From: Candidatus Baldrarchaeum yapensis
GTDB lineage: Archaea; Asgardarchaeota; Baldrarchaeia; Baldrarchaeales; Baldrarchaeaceae
DNA length: 19,218 nucleotides
Reading direction: 5' to 3'
Assembly: GCA_016840465.1 (NCBI GenBank)
Contig: JAEOSH010000046.1
Location: forward strand, 1 to 19,218
Program-made: the position numbers and the translations under genes
Part shown: positions 1 through 8,551 of the stretch, one piece after another
Layout: every line of letters begins with the position of its first letter
How positions within the stretch are numbered: position 1 is the stretch's first letter
The notes under the pieces: model-generated
What the model saw: the letters and a program-made list of their open reading frames with translations, nothing else
Databases searched by the model: none
What the model was told of the DNA's origin: nothing

Positions 1-1
1 A

Positions 2-382
2 GTGTTCATACCTGTCTTCATTTCGACCAATAGGTTTGTTAAAATATATCGTGTTGATTACCGTGTTCTCGACACAAACGAATCTTCGGTCAACATATCG
101 GTGGAAAAAATTTGCAATAACGGAACAATTGTATTTAAGGTAAATAATACGAGTCCGAATAAGATCAAAATTAAAGAGATAAGACTTGATGGAATAATAT
201 GTAATGTGTCCCTTATTGAGGGCAATGTTACCGGAGAGGTAATTATAGATGCACATGAAGCAAGAAGTATCAAGGCAGTTCCCGTGAGCGAAATAGAAAC
301 TCCCGAGTACATGCTCATCAAGATCGAAACACCTGATTATCCCGGCTATGAGATAACAATAACCGTGAAATTGGAGAAGTAA
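2..382 (+). CDS. 3' part of a putative secreted/surface beta-rich protein (5' end probably outside the window)
   Basis: Frame is open from the window edge to TAA at 380-382. Alternating beta-strand pattern, seven N-x-S/T sequons (NES, NIS, NGT, NNT, NTS, NVS, NVT) and two Cys. No family recognised. Confidence 0.6.
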   Translation: MFIPVFISTNRFVKIYRVDYRVLDTNESSVNISVEKICNNGTIVFKVNNTSPNKIKIKEIRLDGIICNVSLIEGNVTGEVIIDAHEARSIKAVPVSEIETPEYMLIKIETPDYPGYEITITVKLEK

Positions 383-387
383 CTTCA

Positions 388-561
388 TTATTCTTGTTTG
401 AGTAGTTCTCTCCTTAGCTTTCTCCTATATGAGCCATATGGATCATGCGGCGAGAAACGTGGAGGATGAGGATTTTTTACTGGAGAACCACAATAAGGGC
501 AAGAATCCTTCCTTAATGTGTATTCCCCGCATTTTGTACATTTCCTTAAGATTTTTGCCAT
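388..561 (-). CDS. nop10: H/ACA RNP protein Nop10 (57 aa; not in the ORF track)
   Basis: Hand translation: MAKILRKCTKCGEYTLRKDSCPYCGSPVKNPHPPRFSPHDPYGSYRRKLRRELLKQE*. CxxC/CxxC zinc ribbon plus HPPRFSPxDPYGxYRR signature. Canonical position after aIF2-alpha. Confidence 0.96.
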   Translation of the reverse strand: MAKILRKCTKCGEYTLRKDSCPYCGSPVKNPHPPRFSPHDPYGSYRRKLRRELLKQE

Positions 562-576
562 CTCATCTCATCTCAT
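559..576 (-). repeat. Pentanucleotide tandem repeat (ATGAG)3-ATG spanning the aIF2-alpha stop and the nop10 start
   Basis: Plus strand reads CATCT CATCT CATCT CAT at 559-576. Confidence 0.85.
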
Positions 577-1376
577 ATCCCTTCCTCTAGGGTAAAGGAG
601 CCAAATCCTCCAGCCTCCTTTATCGCATCGAGCGCGGTATTGGCCACCTTGTTTATAACCTCCTCGGCAAACTTCCTCTCTTTTGCTTCCACCTCTATCC
701 GCCACCTTGGAGAACCCAATAAATATACGTCTACTTTGACCCCACTGATGCTTTTTGCGACCTCTAATGCTTTCAAAAGAGCATTCCTTATGGCTGTAAC
801 CCCATCGGGTTTAAAGCATCGTAACTCCAAGCATCCCTTCACTTTAACCTTAGGGATTTCGATATAACGTCTAGCTAACTCGCTGAGAACCCGTGCCCAC
901 TCCTCGCTGACACCTGCTTTTAAAAGAGCCTCCTTTCCTCCTTCAACTGCGGCTTCAAGCCCAGCGTATATTTCGCCATAAAAGTCCTCTAGCTTCCAGC
1001 CAGCCTCCTCATAAGCATCATCTAGTGTTTTGTTTAGTCTTTCTGCTGCAAGTCTTAATAGGTTTTCTGCTCTTTGTGCACGCTTCCATTCGGTCATTTT
1101 TTGTCTTTTCCATTGCTCAGTAACTCTCTTTAAAGATAAATCTACGTGTTTCTTTCGCGGGTCGACCCTGAGGACCTTGGCAACAACTTTTTGATCCTCA
1201 CGAACCCAATCCCTAATATTTCTAACCCAGGTTGAGGCAACTTCACTTACGTGGATAAAGCCTTCGTGATTGTTGTACTCGTCAAGTGTCACATATACTC
1301 CATAAGGTTCTATCTTCCTAACAGTCGCTATTACGTACTCTCCAACTTCAGGAAGTTCTCGGCGCCGTCTAACCAT
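573..1376 (-). CDS. eif2a: Translation initiation factor 2 alpha subunit (aIF2-alpha)
   Basis: N-terminal S1 domain (LPEVGEYVIATV...GFIHVSEVASTWVRNIRDWV...VLRVDPRKKHVDLSLKRV) and C-terminal LGSPRWRIEV. GGAGGT Shine-Dalgarno upstream. Confidence 0.97.
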   Translation of the reverse strand: MVRRRRELPEVGEYVIATVRKIEPYGVYVTLDEYNNHEGFIHVSEVASTWVRNIRDWVREDQKVVAKVLRVDPRKKHVDLSLKRVTEQWKRQKMTEWKRAQRAENLLRLAAERLNKTLDDAYEEAGWKLEDFYGEIYAGLEAAVEGGKEALLKAGVSEEWARVLSELARRYIEIPKVKVKGCLELRCFKPDGVTAIRNALLKALEVAKSISGVKVDVYLLGSPRWRIEVEAKERKFAEEVINKVANTALDAIKEAGGFGSFTLEEGI

Positions 1377-1401
1377 TATAAAACCTCCAAAATGACAAAA
1401 A

Positions 1402-1608
1402 TTATGTCAATTCCTTAACTTTCTCACGTGGAACATGTAATTCGGCTTTGCCTCCAGTGGGGGTTGCTAGAACCCGCCCGCAAACTAAGCATTTGACTAC
1501 TGTACTTGCTCTGTCAAAGATAACTTGCTCATTTCCACAGTCAGGACATTCTACAAGCAAGAATCTCGACCTTGGCATAGGTATAATTTCTCCACGTCGT
1601 CTACCCAT
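1402..1608 (-). CDS. rps27e: 30S ribosomal protein S27e (eS27)
   Basis: [35 protein letters not shown] zinc ribbon. ATG at 1608 preferred over the ORF-track TTG at 1617. Confidence 0.96.
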   Translation of the reverse strand: MGRRRGEIIPMPRSRFLLVECPDCGNEQVIFDRASTVVKCLVCGRVLATPTGGKAELHVPREKVKELT

Positions 1609-1627
1609 GTTTATCAACCCGTCATCG

Positions 1628-1903
1628 TTATACTATCTCCAATCTTTTCAATCTAATACCTTCTCTGTGGAGTATATGTCCACACTGGTTACATTTAAGC
1701 TTTAATACTTGTTTCTTCGTCACTTTTGCTTGCTTTCGTTGTATAGGCTTTGGCTGTGAACCATATCCTTTCTTTTTCCTCTCATACCTACGTCTACCTT
1801 GGGCAAGGGCTCTCTCTTTTCCTTTTTTATATAACGAAACTGTATGAATGGTGTGCGTCCGGCAACGTGGGCAATAAGTCCTTATTTGTCGTGGAACTTT
1901 CAT
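1628..1903 (-). CDS. rpl44e: 50S ribosomal protein L44e (eL42)
   Basis: [18 protein letters not shown]...[18 protein letters not shown]...[16 protein letters not shown]. Start set at MKVP (1903), which has a GGGGT SD-like motif, rather than 1987. Confidence 0.96.
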   Translation of the reverse strand: MKVPRQIRTYCPRCRTHTIHTVSLYKKGKERALAQGRRRYERKKKGYGSQPKPIQRKQAKVTKKQVLKLKCNQCGHILHREGIRLKRLEIV

Positions 1904-2010
1904 CGCAATAACCCCTGATTCCGATCTAGTATAGACCATATGAGTCTCGAGGTCTGTGAGTGTTGTAACTGCCTCGCGATTTAACATTTACTTATGTAGT
2001 CATCACAGAG

Positions 2011-3354
2011 CTATAACCCCTTAAGTATTGGTAAATCGGTAAAGAACTCCTTCCAATGATTTAGCCTCCCCTTCGGATAAATGGCACGACTTCCGAGTTC
2101 CTCCTCTATACGCAATAGTTGATTATACTTAGCGGTTCTTTCTCCACGTGCTGGAGCACCAGCCTTTATTTGCCCTGTACATAATGCAACAGCAAGATCA
2201 GCGATGAAGGTGTCCTCGGTTTCTCCTGAACGATGACTAACCATTACAGCATAATCATTCTTCATTGCAATTTTTGCCGTAATTAGGGCTTCTGAAAGTG
2301 TGCCTATTTGATTAACCTTTAGAAGTAAGGCATTGCATGCTCCCATTCTTACTCCCATCTCCAGTCTTTTGGGGTTTGTTGTGAATAAATCATCCCCTAC
2401 AATTTGCACCTTATCTCCAATCTTCTTCGTAAGGCTCGCAAAACCCTCAAAATCTTCCTGCTGGAATGGATCCTCAATAGAAATTATGGGGTACGTCTTA
2501 ACCAATTCTACATAGTAATCGCGCAAATCGCATGGCGTAAGAGTCCTATCATCAATGGTATAAGTTCCCGACTTTTCATTAAAGAATTCACTTGCCGCCG
2601 CATCTATTGCTAATGCCAGGTCTTTTCCGGGTATATAGCCGGATTGTTCTATGCTTTTAACAAGCAGATCCAAGGCGTCCTGCGAGAATCTCAATGGGGG
2701 AGCAAATCCACCCTCGTCACCGACGTTTATTGCGTTCTTACCGTACTTTCTGAGCAAGAGATCTCTTAAGGTATAATATACCTCTGCACAGTACCGTAGA
2801 GCCTCTTTAAACGTATTTGCTCCGATAGGCACTATCATAAATTCCTGAATTGCAAGTTCGTTTCCCGCGTGCTTTCCTCCGTTAATAACATTCTGAAACG
2901 GAATTGGCATAAGGTATTTCTCTCTATTCGGGGCAAGATACTTGTAAAGGGGTATGGAGCTTGCCATCGCAGCGGCTTTTGCAATAGCTAGGGACACGGC
3001 CAAAATAGCATTTGCGCCGAGTTTTGACTTATTTGGCGTCCCATCGAGTTCCACAAGTTTCATATCTATCTCATATTGATTTCTGACATCGATCCCTATT
3101 AGTGCTGGCTTTATGATTTCAATTACGTTCTTTACTGCTCGGAGAACTCCCTTTCCTTTAAATCTATAGTCCCCGTCTCTAATTTCAACCGCCTCATGTA
3201 CACCTCGCGATGCACCGGAGGGAACGGAAGCACGCCCCTGTACACCACCTTTAGTTATAACATCGACTTCTACTGTTGGATTTCCTCGGCTATCAAGTAT
3301 CTCGCGTGCCTTTATATCGGCTATTATGAATCTGTCATCCGAAACGTCGGTCAT
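2011..3354 (-). CDS. eno: Enolase (phosphopyruvate hydratase)
   Basis: AREILDSRGNPTVEVDV, VPSGASRG, VGDEGGFAP, LLLKVNQIGT, VSHRSGETED and GERTAKYNQLLRIEE motifs; 447 aa. Confidence 0.99.
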   Translation of the reverse strand: MTDVSDDRFIIADIKAREILDSRGNPTVEVDVITKGGVQGRASVPSGASRGVHEAVEIRDGDYRFKGKGVLRAVKNVIEIIKPALIGIDVRNQYEIDMKLVELDGTPNKSKLGANAILAVSLAIAKAAAMASSIPLYKYLAPNREKYLMPIPFQNVINGGKHAGNELAIQEFMIVPIGANTFKEALRYCAEVYYTLRDLLLRKYGKNAINVGDEGGFAPPLRFSQDALDLLVKSIEQSGYIPGKDLALAIDAAASEFFNEKSGTYTIDDRTLTPCDLRDYYVELVKTYPIISIEDPFQQEDFEGFASLTKKIGDKVQIVGDDLFTTNPKRLEMGVRMGACNALLLKVNQIGTLSEALITAKIAMKNDYAVMVSHRSGETEDTFIADLAVALCTGQIKAGAPARGERTAKYNQLLRIEEELGSRAIYPKGRLNHWKEFFTDLPILKGL

Positions 3355-3462
3355 GTCATTACACCTTACTCTTCCCGCTCAGCAACTTTAATCTTCAAGG
3401 TCTAGAAATATACACCATCTGCCATCTACTTAATGGTGATGCGAGTTGTATAAGTGATCTTC

Positions 3463-4083
3463 ATGATTCAGAGAAAAGAGTTGGAAATGATTCTCGAAAA
3501 TCTGGCGGAACACCCAGCACCAAGGATCTCCTTAGAACAATATACGATTCCTGCAACCACCGCGGCCACAATACTATACATTGCGTGTTATACGTATGGC
3601 GATATCGATGGAAAAGTAATATTTGATCTAGGATGCGGAACAGGCAGGCTCGGTATAGGGGCAGCGATATTAGGAGCTAGAAGAGTATTAGGTGTGGACA
3701 TAGATCCTGTAGCGATAACTCTTGCGAGAAGAAACTCTGAAATTGCGGAGGTTAGTGAAGTTACCGAATGGATGCTATGTGATATTAGGTTTTTCAGCGG
3801 AAAGTGCGATACCGTCTTGCAAAACCCGCCATTTGGCGTACATAGGCGCGGCACGGATGTTATGTTTCTACAAAAAGCTTTAGAGATGGGAGAGGTAATA
3901 TATTCATTACATAAGTCCGGGCCTGACATTCGCAATTTTATCAGAAGGTTCGTTGAAAGGAACAATGCACGTATCGACACTCTGATCGAGTTGAAATTAC
4001 CACTAAAGGCAACCTACCCCCATCATAAGAAGAAGTACAAAATAATTTCCGTGGATCTATATCGTATAGTTAGGCGGGGGTAG
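3463..4083 (+). CDS. METTL5-like (COG2263-type) SAM-dependent N6-adenine RNA methyltransferase
   Basis: LEQYTIP, motif I DLGCGTGRLGIGA and motif IV NPPFG. Canonical position upstream of csl4. Alternative GTG start at 3454. Confidence 0.88.
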   Translation: MIQRKELEMILENLAEHPAPRISLEQYTIPATTAATILYIACYTYGDIDGKVIFDLGCGTGRLGIGAAILGARRVLGVDIDPVAITLARRNSEIAEVSEVTEWMLCDIRFFSGKCDTVLQNPPFGVHRRGTDVMFLQKALEMGEVIYSLHKSGPDIRNFIRRFVERNNARIDTLIELKLPLKATYPHHKKKYKIISVDLYRIVRRG

Positions 4084-4087
4084 TATT

Positions 4088-4684
4088 ATGTGTCCTGAGG
4101 TGAATACCGGAGATTTTGTAGTACCTGGGGAAAGATTGGGGACTATTGAAGAGTTCCTCCCCGGCATCGGAACGTATGAGGAAAACGGATATATTTATGC
4201 ATCGACGTACGGCATGGTTTTAATTGATAAAGTGAAGAAAACTATTAGCGTGATATCACCGGTTGTCCACTATAATCTCATACCAAAGCCCGGATCTATG
4301 GTTATAGGTAAGGTGACACAGATACAAAACCAACTTGTTTTCATCGACATTCTGAAGGTGAATGGTCGACGCTTAAATACACCGTTTACCGGGGTCATAC
4401 ACGTCTCTATGATAGATAAAAATTACACAAAGACACCATTCGATGCCTACAAGCCGGGTGATATTGTTAGAGCGCGTGTAGTGAATAGCAGAACGATACC
4501 ACTGCAATTAACAACCGTTGGTAGCCACTTCGGTACGATACTGGCCTATTGTTCATTATGTGGCACACGACTCGAAAGACTGCGAAGGGGTCTCGTATGC
4601 CCAAAATGTGGAAATAAAGAGAAGAGGAAACTTGCCTCGGACTATGGAATGGCATTGAATACCGCATCTGCTAGAGGAGAATGA
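4088..4684 (+). CDS. csl4: Exosome complex RNA-binding cap protein Csl4
   Basis: VVPGERLGTIEEFLPGIGTYE N-domain, S1 domain (YKPGDIVRARV) and C-terminal zinc ribbon CSLCG...CPKCG...RKLASDY. Confidence 0.95.
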   Translation: MCPEVNTGDFVVPGERLGTIEEFLPGIGTYEENGYIYASTYGMVLIDKVKKTISVISPVVHYNLIPKPGSMVIGKVTQIQNQLVFIDILKVNGRRLNTPFTGVIHVSMIDKNYTKTPFDAYKPGDIVRARVVNSRTIPLQLTTVGSHFGTILAYCSLCGTRLERLRRGLVCPKCGNKEKRKLASDYGMALNTASARGE

Positions 4685-5337
4685 AATTGAAATACAGCAA
4701 GAAGGAACTTGTCTTTTCTTGTCACACAGAAAGCGAAAAACTCGAACTTGTAAAACAATTGACTGAGAAAATAAAATTCGTCGACATGACAATTTCGTCA
4801 TCTCTAATGCGCGTCAAAGTTACACTTTACGGTCCCCGCGATAGGATAAAATTCGCGGTTGAGGAGGCGAAAGCTATTTTTAAAAGAATCAGACAGTCCA
4901 TGTACCCTGGTGCAAATGGCCTGTACACATACGACCTGGGGATAGTGACCGAAAAATGTGGCCGGTCCACATCAATAGAAGATTTAGAACGTCTATTGAA
5001 GTTAAAGGGTTACAAGGTGAAGGTGATAAATGATGAACAAATAAAGACAAACGCATCGCTAAATGAACTCACATCTCTAGTACTAAAGTTTTGGAATGCT
5101 TATGAGGAAGGATTTTATGTGCAACCAAAGAGCATAAGGAAACTTATAGCAGCAATATCTGCCGCACTTGATATGCAATTTGAGAATGTTTTAAAAGTGG
5201 CATTTGAAAAAGAGTTGCTTAAGAAGGTGCAAAATGGGAGATATGGAATTACAATGCCCTTAGAGAGGGTAATCGTGGAAATCGTAAAAAGCATTAAGGG
5301 GGCCATAAATGAAAGTAAAGGTGTTGGAGAAGACTGA
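4681..5337 (+). CDS. Conserved archaeal hypothetical protein, DUF2067-like
   Basis: 218 aa ORF with ATGA overlap to csl4 and overlap into rpoL. This slot is typically filled by DUF2067. The call rests mainly on synteny. Confidence 0.6.
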   Translation: MKLKYSKKELVFSCHTESEKLELVKQLTEKIKFVDMTISSSLMRVKVTLYGPRDRIKFAVEEAKAIFKRIRQSMYPGANGLYTYDLGIVTEKCGRSTSIEDLERLLKLKGYKVKVINDEQIKTNASLNELTSLVLKFWNAYEEGFYVQPKSIRKLIAAISAALDMQFENVLKVAFEKELLKKVQNGRYGITMPLERVIVEIVKSIKGAINESKGVGED

Positions 5338-5590
5338 CAAGACCATAGAGATAGAATTAGACGGTGAAGGTCACACTTTCTGCAATCTCCTAAGGAAATA
5401 CTTGATAGATGATGAAAGAGTAACCTTTGCGGGATATAGGATCGATCATCCACTTATTGGAAAGACAAAAATTTACGTTAGGACTGATGGAACAATAGAC
5501 CCTATAGACGCACTACTATCTGCAACAGAGCGAATAAAGAAGGATGCGGAGACGCTTTTAATGCTGTTTAAGCGAGAAGTGGGAGAATAA
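5309..5590 (+). CDS. rpoL: DNA-directed RNA polymerase subunit L (Rpo11)
   Basis: IELDGEGHTFCNLLRKYL...FAGYRIDHPL signature; 93 aa. Confidence 0.96.
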   Translation: MKVKVLEKTDKTIEIELDGEGHTFCNLLRKYLIDDERVTFAGYRIDHPLIGKTKIYVRTDGTIDPIDALLSATERIKKDAETLLMLFKREVGE

Positions 5591-6085
5591 ATGCAGGGAA
5601 ATTTTTTAATAAAAACATTATTTCAATTGAGAGAATTAAAAACGTACGAATCGATACGACAGGTATTTCGTGATAAGGAGTTAGCAAGCTTCGGGGATGC
5701 TTGTATAAATTTTTTGTATTCTCTTGCACTATCGTACGTTAAAAAGACTCCAATGGGCGGAAGGGTTCCAAATAAGGTGCTATCAGAGGCATTAAACAGG
5801 TCCGAGTTAAGGTCATGTGTTCCTAAAAGGTTAGATAGTCACGAGAGAGGAGATGTAGTAGAAGCCCTTATAGCATATGCTCTTATAAATGGAATAATGA
5901 CGTTTGATGAGGTGTTTAACATTCTGGTGGAAGGATTATCGGGATTAGCGCTGAAAAGTGATCGAAAAGAAGCATGGGACATCTTAATTACGACATTTGA
6001 AAAACTCTTAGAGGAACTTAGCGCCAGGATATTCTTCCATCTGTTAGCATCTGAAAAATTTAAATTATCAAACGATAAGCCATAA
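5591..6085 (+). CDS. Archaeal ribonuclease III-like (Mini-III-like) family protein
   Basis: LASFGDACINFLYSLAL and RGDVVEALIAYA resemble the two RNase III signature segments. No dsRBD. Typical position between rpoL and TFS. Confidence 0.75.
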   Translation: MQGNFLIKTLFQLRELKTYESIRQVFRDKELASFGDACINFLYSLALSYVKKTPMGGRVPNKVLSEALNRSELRSCVPKRLDSHERGDVVEALIAYALINGIMTFDEVFNILVEGLSGLALKSDRKEAWDILITTFEKLLEELSARIFFHLLASEKFKLSNDKP

Positions 6086-6111
6086 CATCACAGCACTTGG
6101 AGGTACCATCA

Positions 6112-6456
6112 ATGAAATTCTGCCCTGAATGCGGATCGATGCTAAGGCCTAAAAAGGACGATAAAGGAAATGTAATCCTGATATGCGAAATATGTGGATA
6201 CTCTGAGAAAAACCAGGGGTCTCTAGAGCAGGAGTACACGATATCAAGCAAAATAAATCATAGTCCTGGAGAAAGTGAACTGGTACTCGTGGATGAGACA
6301 AAGATGGTAAAAACGTTACCGACAATCCAAGTTATATGCCCCAAATGTGGTAACAACAGGGCATACTACTATCAACTTCAAACGAGAAGAGCTGATGAAG
6401 GGATGACGACATTTCTTCGCTGCACTAAGTGTAATTACGTATGGAGACGCTATTAG
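6112..6456 (+). CDS. tfs: Transcription elongation/cleavage factor TFS (RpoM/TFIIS family)
   Basis: MKFCPECGSML...CEICG and CPKCGNNRAYYYQLQTRRADEGMTTFLRCTKC with the catalytic DE pair intact. GGAGGT SD at 6099-6104 supports ATG 6112. Confidence 0.94.
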   Translation: MKFCPECGSMLRPKKDDKGNVILICEICGYSEKNQGSLEQEYTISSKINHSPGESELVLVDETKMVKTLPTIQVICPKCGNNRAYYYQLQTRRADEGMTTFLRCTKCNYVWRRY

Positions 6457-6642
6457 AAGTCACTATGGGAAGATTTTATTTGAATGCGTAAAGGATGGCT
6501 AAATACAAACACCCTCCTCGTATTACACTTACCATAACTGTTTTAATTACGTATGGCACAAAATTTCTAATGAAAATTCAAACTTTATGGTGAGTGTCTG
6601 TTAAGAGGGTAAGACTCACGTTTATGAAAGATCGTGACTGGG

Positions 6643-6650
6643 TATATAAG
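6643..6650 (+). promoter_or_regulatory. Putative TATA box of the PCNA-priL-priS-gins operon
   Basis: TATATAAG lies 36 nt upstream of the PCNA ATG, inside a 229-nt spacer. A GGGGGA SD-like run precedes the ATG. Confidence 0.5.
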
Positions 6651-6685
6651 TGGTTTTTGAGTACTAATTAAAGGAAAAAGGGGGA

Positions 6686-7444
6686 ATGACCTTGTTTAGA
6701 GCTCTATTCCACGATGCGAGAACATGGAGATATGTCGTAGATGCAATATCAACGTTGGTCGATGAAGGGTTATTTAAGGCAACGGAGGAAGGCCTTCGCC
6801 TCAGGGCCATGGATCCTTCTCATGTGGCAATGATAGACTTTGAGATGCCAAGGGATGCTTTTGACGAATATGAATGCGAGGGAGAAGCAAAAATAGGGGT
6901 TAATTTTGACGAAATGAAGAAAATAATGAGGCGTGGGCGCAGTGGCGACAGCTTAGAACTAATACATGACGCTGATAAGAAGAGGCTTATTTTAAGGTTT
7001 CGCGGCAAGAGCGTAAGAACATTTTCAATACCATTGCTCGAATTGGAGGAAGAGGAACTTCCAGAACCAACAATAGAATTTAAAGGTCTTGCAATAGTTA
7101 CCGCAAAGGCCTTAAATGAGGCCATAAAGGATATTGCAATAACAAGTGATTACGTGAAAATACAGATGACTCCTGATGCGCTAATATTAACTGCTAGCGG
7201 GGAAAGTGGCGAGGTCAAAGTGGAATTCACTAGGGAATCCGAAGCATTGTTGGATTTAGATGCTTCGGAGGAAATATCGGCAACATACACGTTGAGTTAC
7301 TTACAGGACGTTCTTAAAGTGGTCGGTGCTGCAGATACGGTAAAATTACAATTCTCGACAAATATGCCTATAAGATTGGACTTTAACCTTCCAGGTGGCG
7401 GAAGATTCACATACTTCTTGGCTCCAAGGATAGAGACCGAGTAA
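6686..7444 (+). CDS. pcn: DNA polymerase sliding clamp PCNA
   Basis: GLRLRAMDPSHVAMIDF, YTLSYL, FSTNMPIRLDF and YFLAPRIE motifs; 252 aa. Confidence 0.98.
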   Translation: MTLFRALFHDARTWRYVVDAISTLVDEGLFKATEEGLRLRAMDPSHVAMIDFEMPRDAFDEYECEGEAKIGVNFDEMKKIMRRGRSGDSLELIHDADKKRLILRFRGKSVRTFSIPLLELEEEELPEPTIEFKGLAIVTAKALNEAIKDIAITSDYVKIQMTPDALILTASGESGEVKVEFTRESEALLDLDASEEISATYTLSYLQDVLKVVGAADTVKLQFSTNMPIRLDFNLPGGGRFTYFLAPRIETE

Positions 7445-7453
7445 TTATGGTAA

Positions 7454-8551
7454 GTGCGGAAAATGATGCAAAGGCATGAAACTGTCAAATTGTACAAAGA
7501 AGACTTGGCAAAATACCCATTTATTGTACAAGCGCGCGAATACGTCAGGAAACTGAACATAGACTTACAAAATCTCCAGAATAGGGTCCCCGAGGCGATA
7601 TCACGTGTACGTAAATTAATCGAGAACGCCATTATTAAGGGCGAATGCGACATAGATATCGATAATGTAGATGCGGAAATAATCGCTTACCCGCTTGCCC
7701 GCTTACTGATAGAAATTATAAATGACAGATGGTTGAAACAAAGGTTTGCAGTTGCCTTCTCAAAGCGCGTCTGGAATCTTCTGCGGCGAGAAAGCAATGA
7801 AAAAATTATGCTCATAGCAACACAACCGGGGAATATTTGCGAAAATGGATGGAACCTCCAGAGAGAGGAGCATATAACTGATAATAAGGCCTATGAGTGG
7901 AAATTGCATTTTAAAGACTACATAAGGGCGTCTCGCTCCCTAAAAGCTCCCACTTGGAAGTTAACAAACAGACTAGTATCGAACGGTTATGTTAGGTTGA
8001 CAAAAAAGGAGTTAGTAAGGCTGATTGCGGAGTGCGTCAAGGAGCGCTTGATATCATCAGAAGTTCCAAGGGTCGATCTTCAAGAGATTCCTGAATGGTT
8101 AAAGGAATTAATTGAGGAAATAAGAGATTTGATGAACAGATACAAAAAGGAAGTTATTAGAGAAGATCTTGCTGATATGAGGTTTAAGGTTACCGAGGAG
8201 GCTTTTCCACCGTGTGTAATTAGGATAATAGAGGCAGCTAGTAGAGGAGAGAATTTAAGTCACGAAGAGAGATTGTTTCTGCTCTTTTTCATGTTAAATA
8301 TAGGCAAGGATGTTGAAGAAATAATCGATTATTATAGGAAACTCCCAGATTTCAATGAGGAAAAGACCCGGTATTACATACTACATGCAAAAGCAAAGGG
8401 GTACACCGCGCATAATTGTGATACTCTCAGGAGTTTAGGAATCTGCACGCCGAATCATGAGTGGTGCGTATCGGGTAATATAAAAAATCCGTTGGTCTTC
8501 TATCGGAGGATGCAATATGTCATCCGACGCAGGAAAACAGAGAACAAGTAG
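7454..8551 (+). CDS. priL: DNA primase large (regulatory) subunit
   Basis: DLAKYPF N-terminus and WKLTNRLVSNGYV. C-terminal Fe-S domain with FPPC, LSHEERLFL, YTAHNC, GIC and EWC. Start may be ATG 7463/7466. Confidence 0.93.
   Translation: MRKMMQRHETVKLYKEDLAKYPFIVQAREYVRKLNIDLQNLQNRVPEAISRVRKLIENAIIKGECDIDIDNVDAEIIAYPLARLLIEIINDRWLKQRFAVAFSKRVWNLLRRESNEKIMLIATQPGNICENGWNLQREEHITDNKAYEWKLHFKDYIRASRSLKAPTWKLTNRLVSNGYVRLTKKELVRLIAECVKERLISSEVPRVDLQEIPEWLKELIEEIRDLMNRYKKEVIREDLADMRFKVTEEAFPPCVIRIIEAASRGENLSHEERLFLLFFMLNIGKDVEEIIDYYRKLPDFNEEKTRYYILHAKAKGYTAHNCDTLRSLGICTPNHEWCVSGNIKNPLVFYRRMQYVIRRRKTENK

Noticed and set aside
1904-1987. In-frame ATG giving L44e a 28-aa N-terminal extension; also a GTGATGA box C-like motif on the minus strand near 1990
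   Set aside because: Homologues begin at MKxP and an SD-like motif precedes ATG 1903. No CTGA D box follows the C-like motif.
5588-5593. rpoL stop TAA directly followed in frame by the ATG of the RNase III-like gene (possible readthrough fusion)
   Set aside because: Adjacent stop-start is ordinary operon packing. Both proteins look complete and there is no recoding signal.
6385-6405. Possibility that the TFS is an inhibitory (TFS4-like) or an RNA polymerase-subunit variant
   Set aside because: The catalytic QTRRADE motif and both zinc ribbons are canonical.
6457-6685. 229-nt TFS-PCNA spacer with a 32-codon ORF (MAKYKHPP...) and an imperfect GTGAGT/ACTCAC inverted repeat
   Set aside because: AT-rich with no recognisable protein or RNA features. 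Adequately explained as a terminator plus promoter region.
8517-8551. 35-nt priL/priS overlap as a programmed frameshift producing a fused primase
   Set aside because: No clear slippery heptamer or stimulatory structure. priS has its own ATG and both genes are full length.
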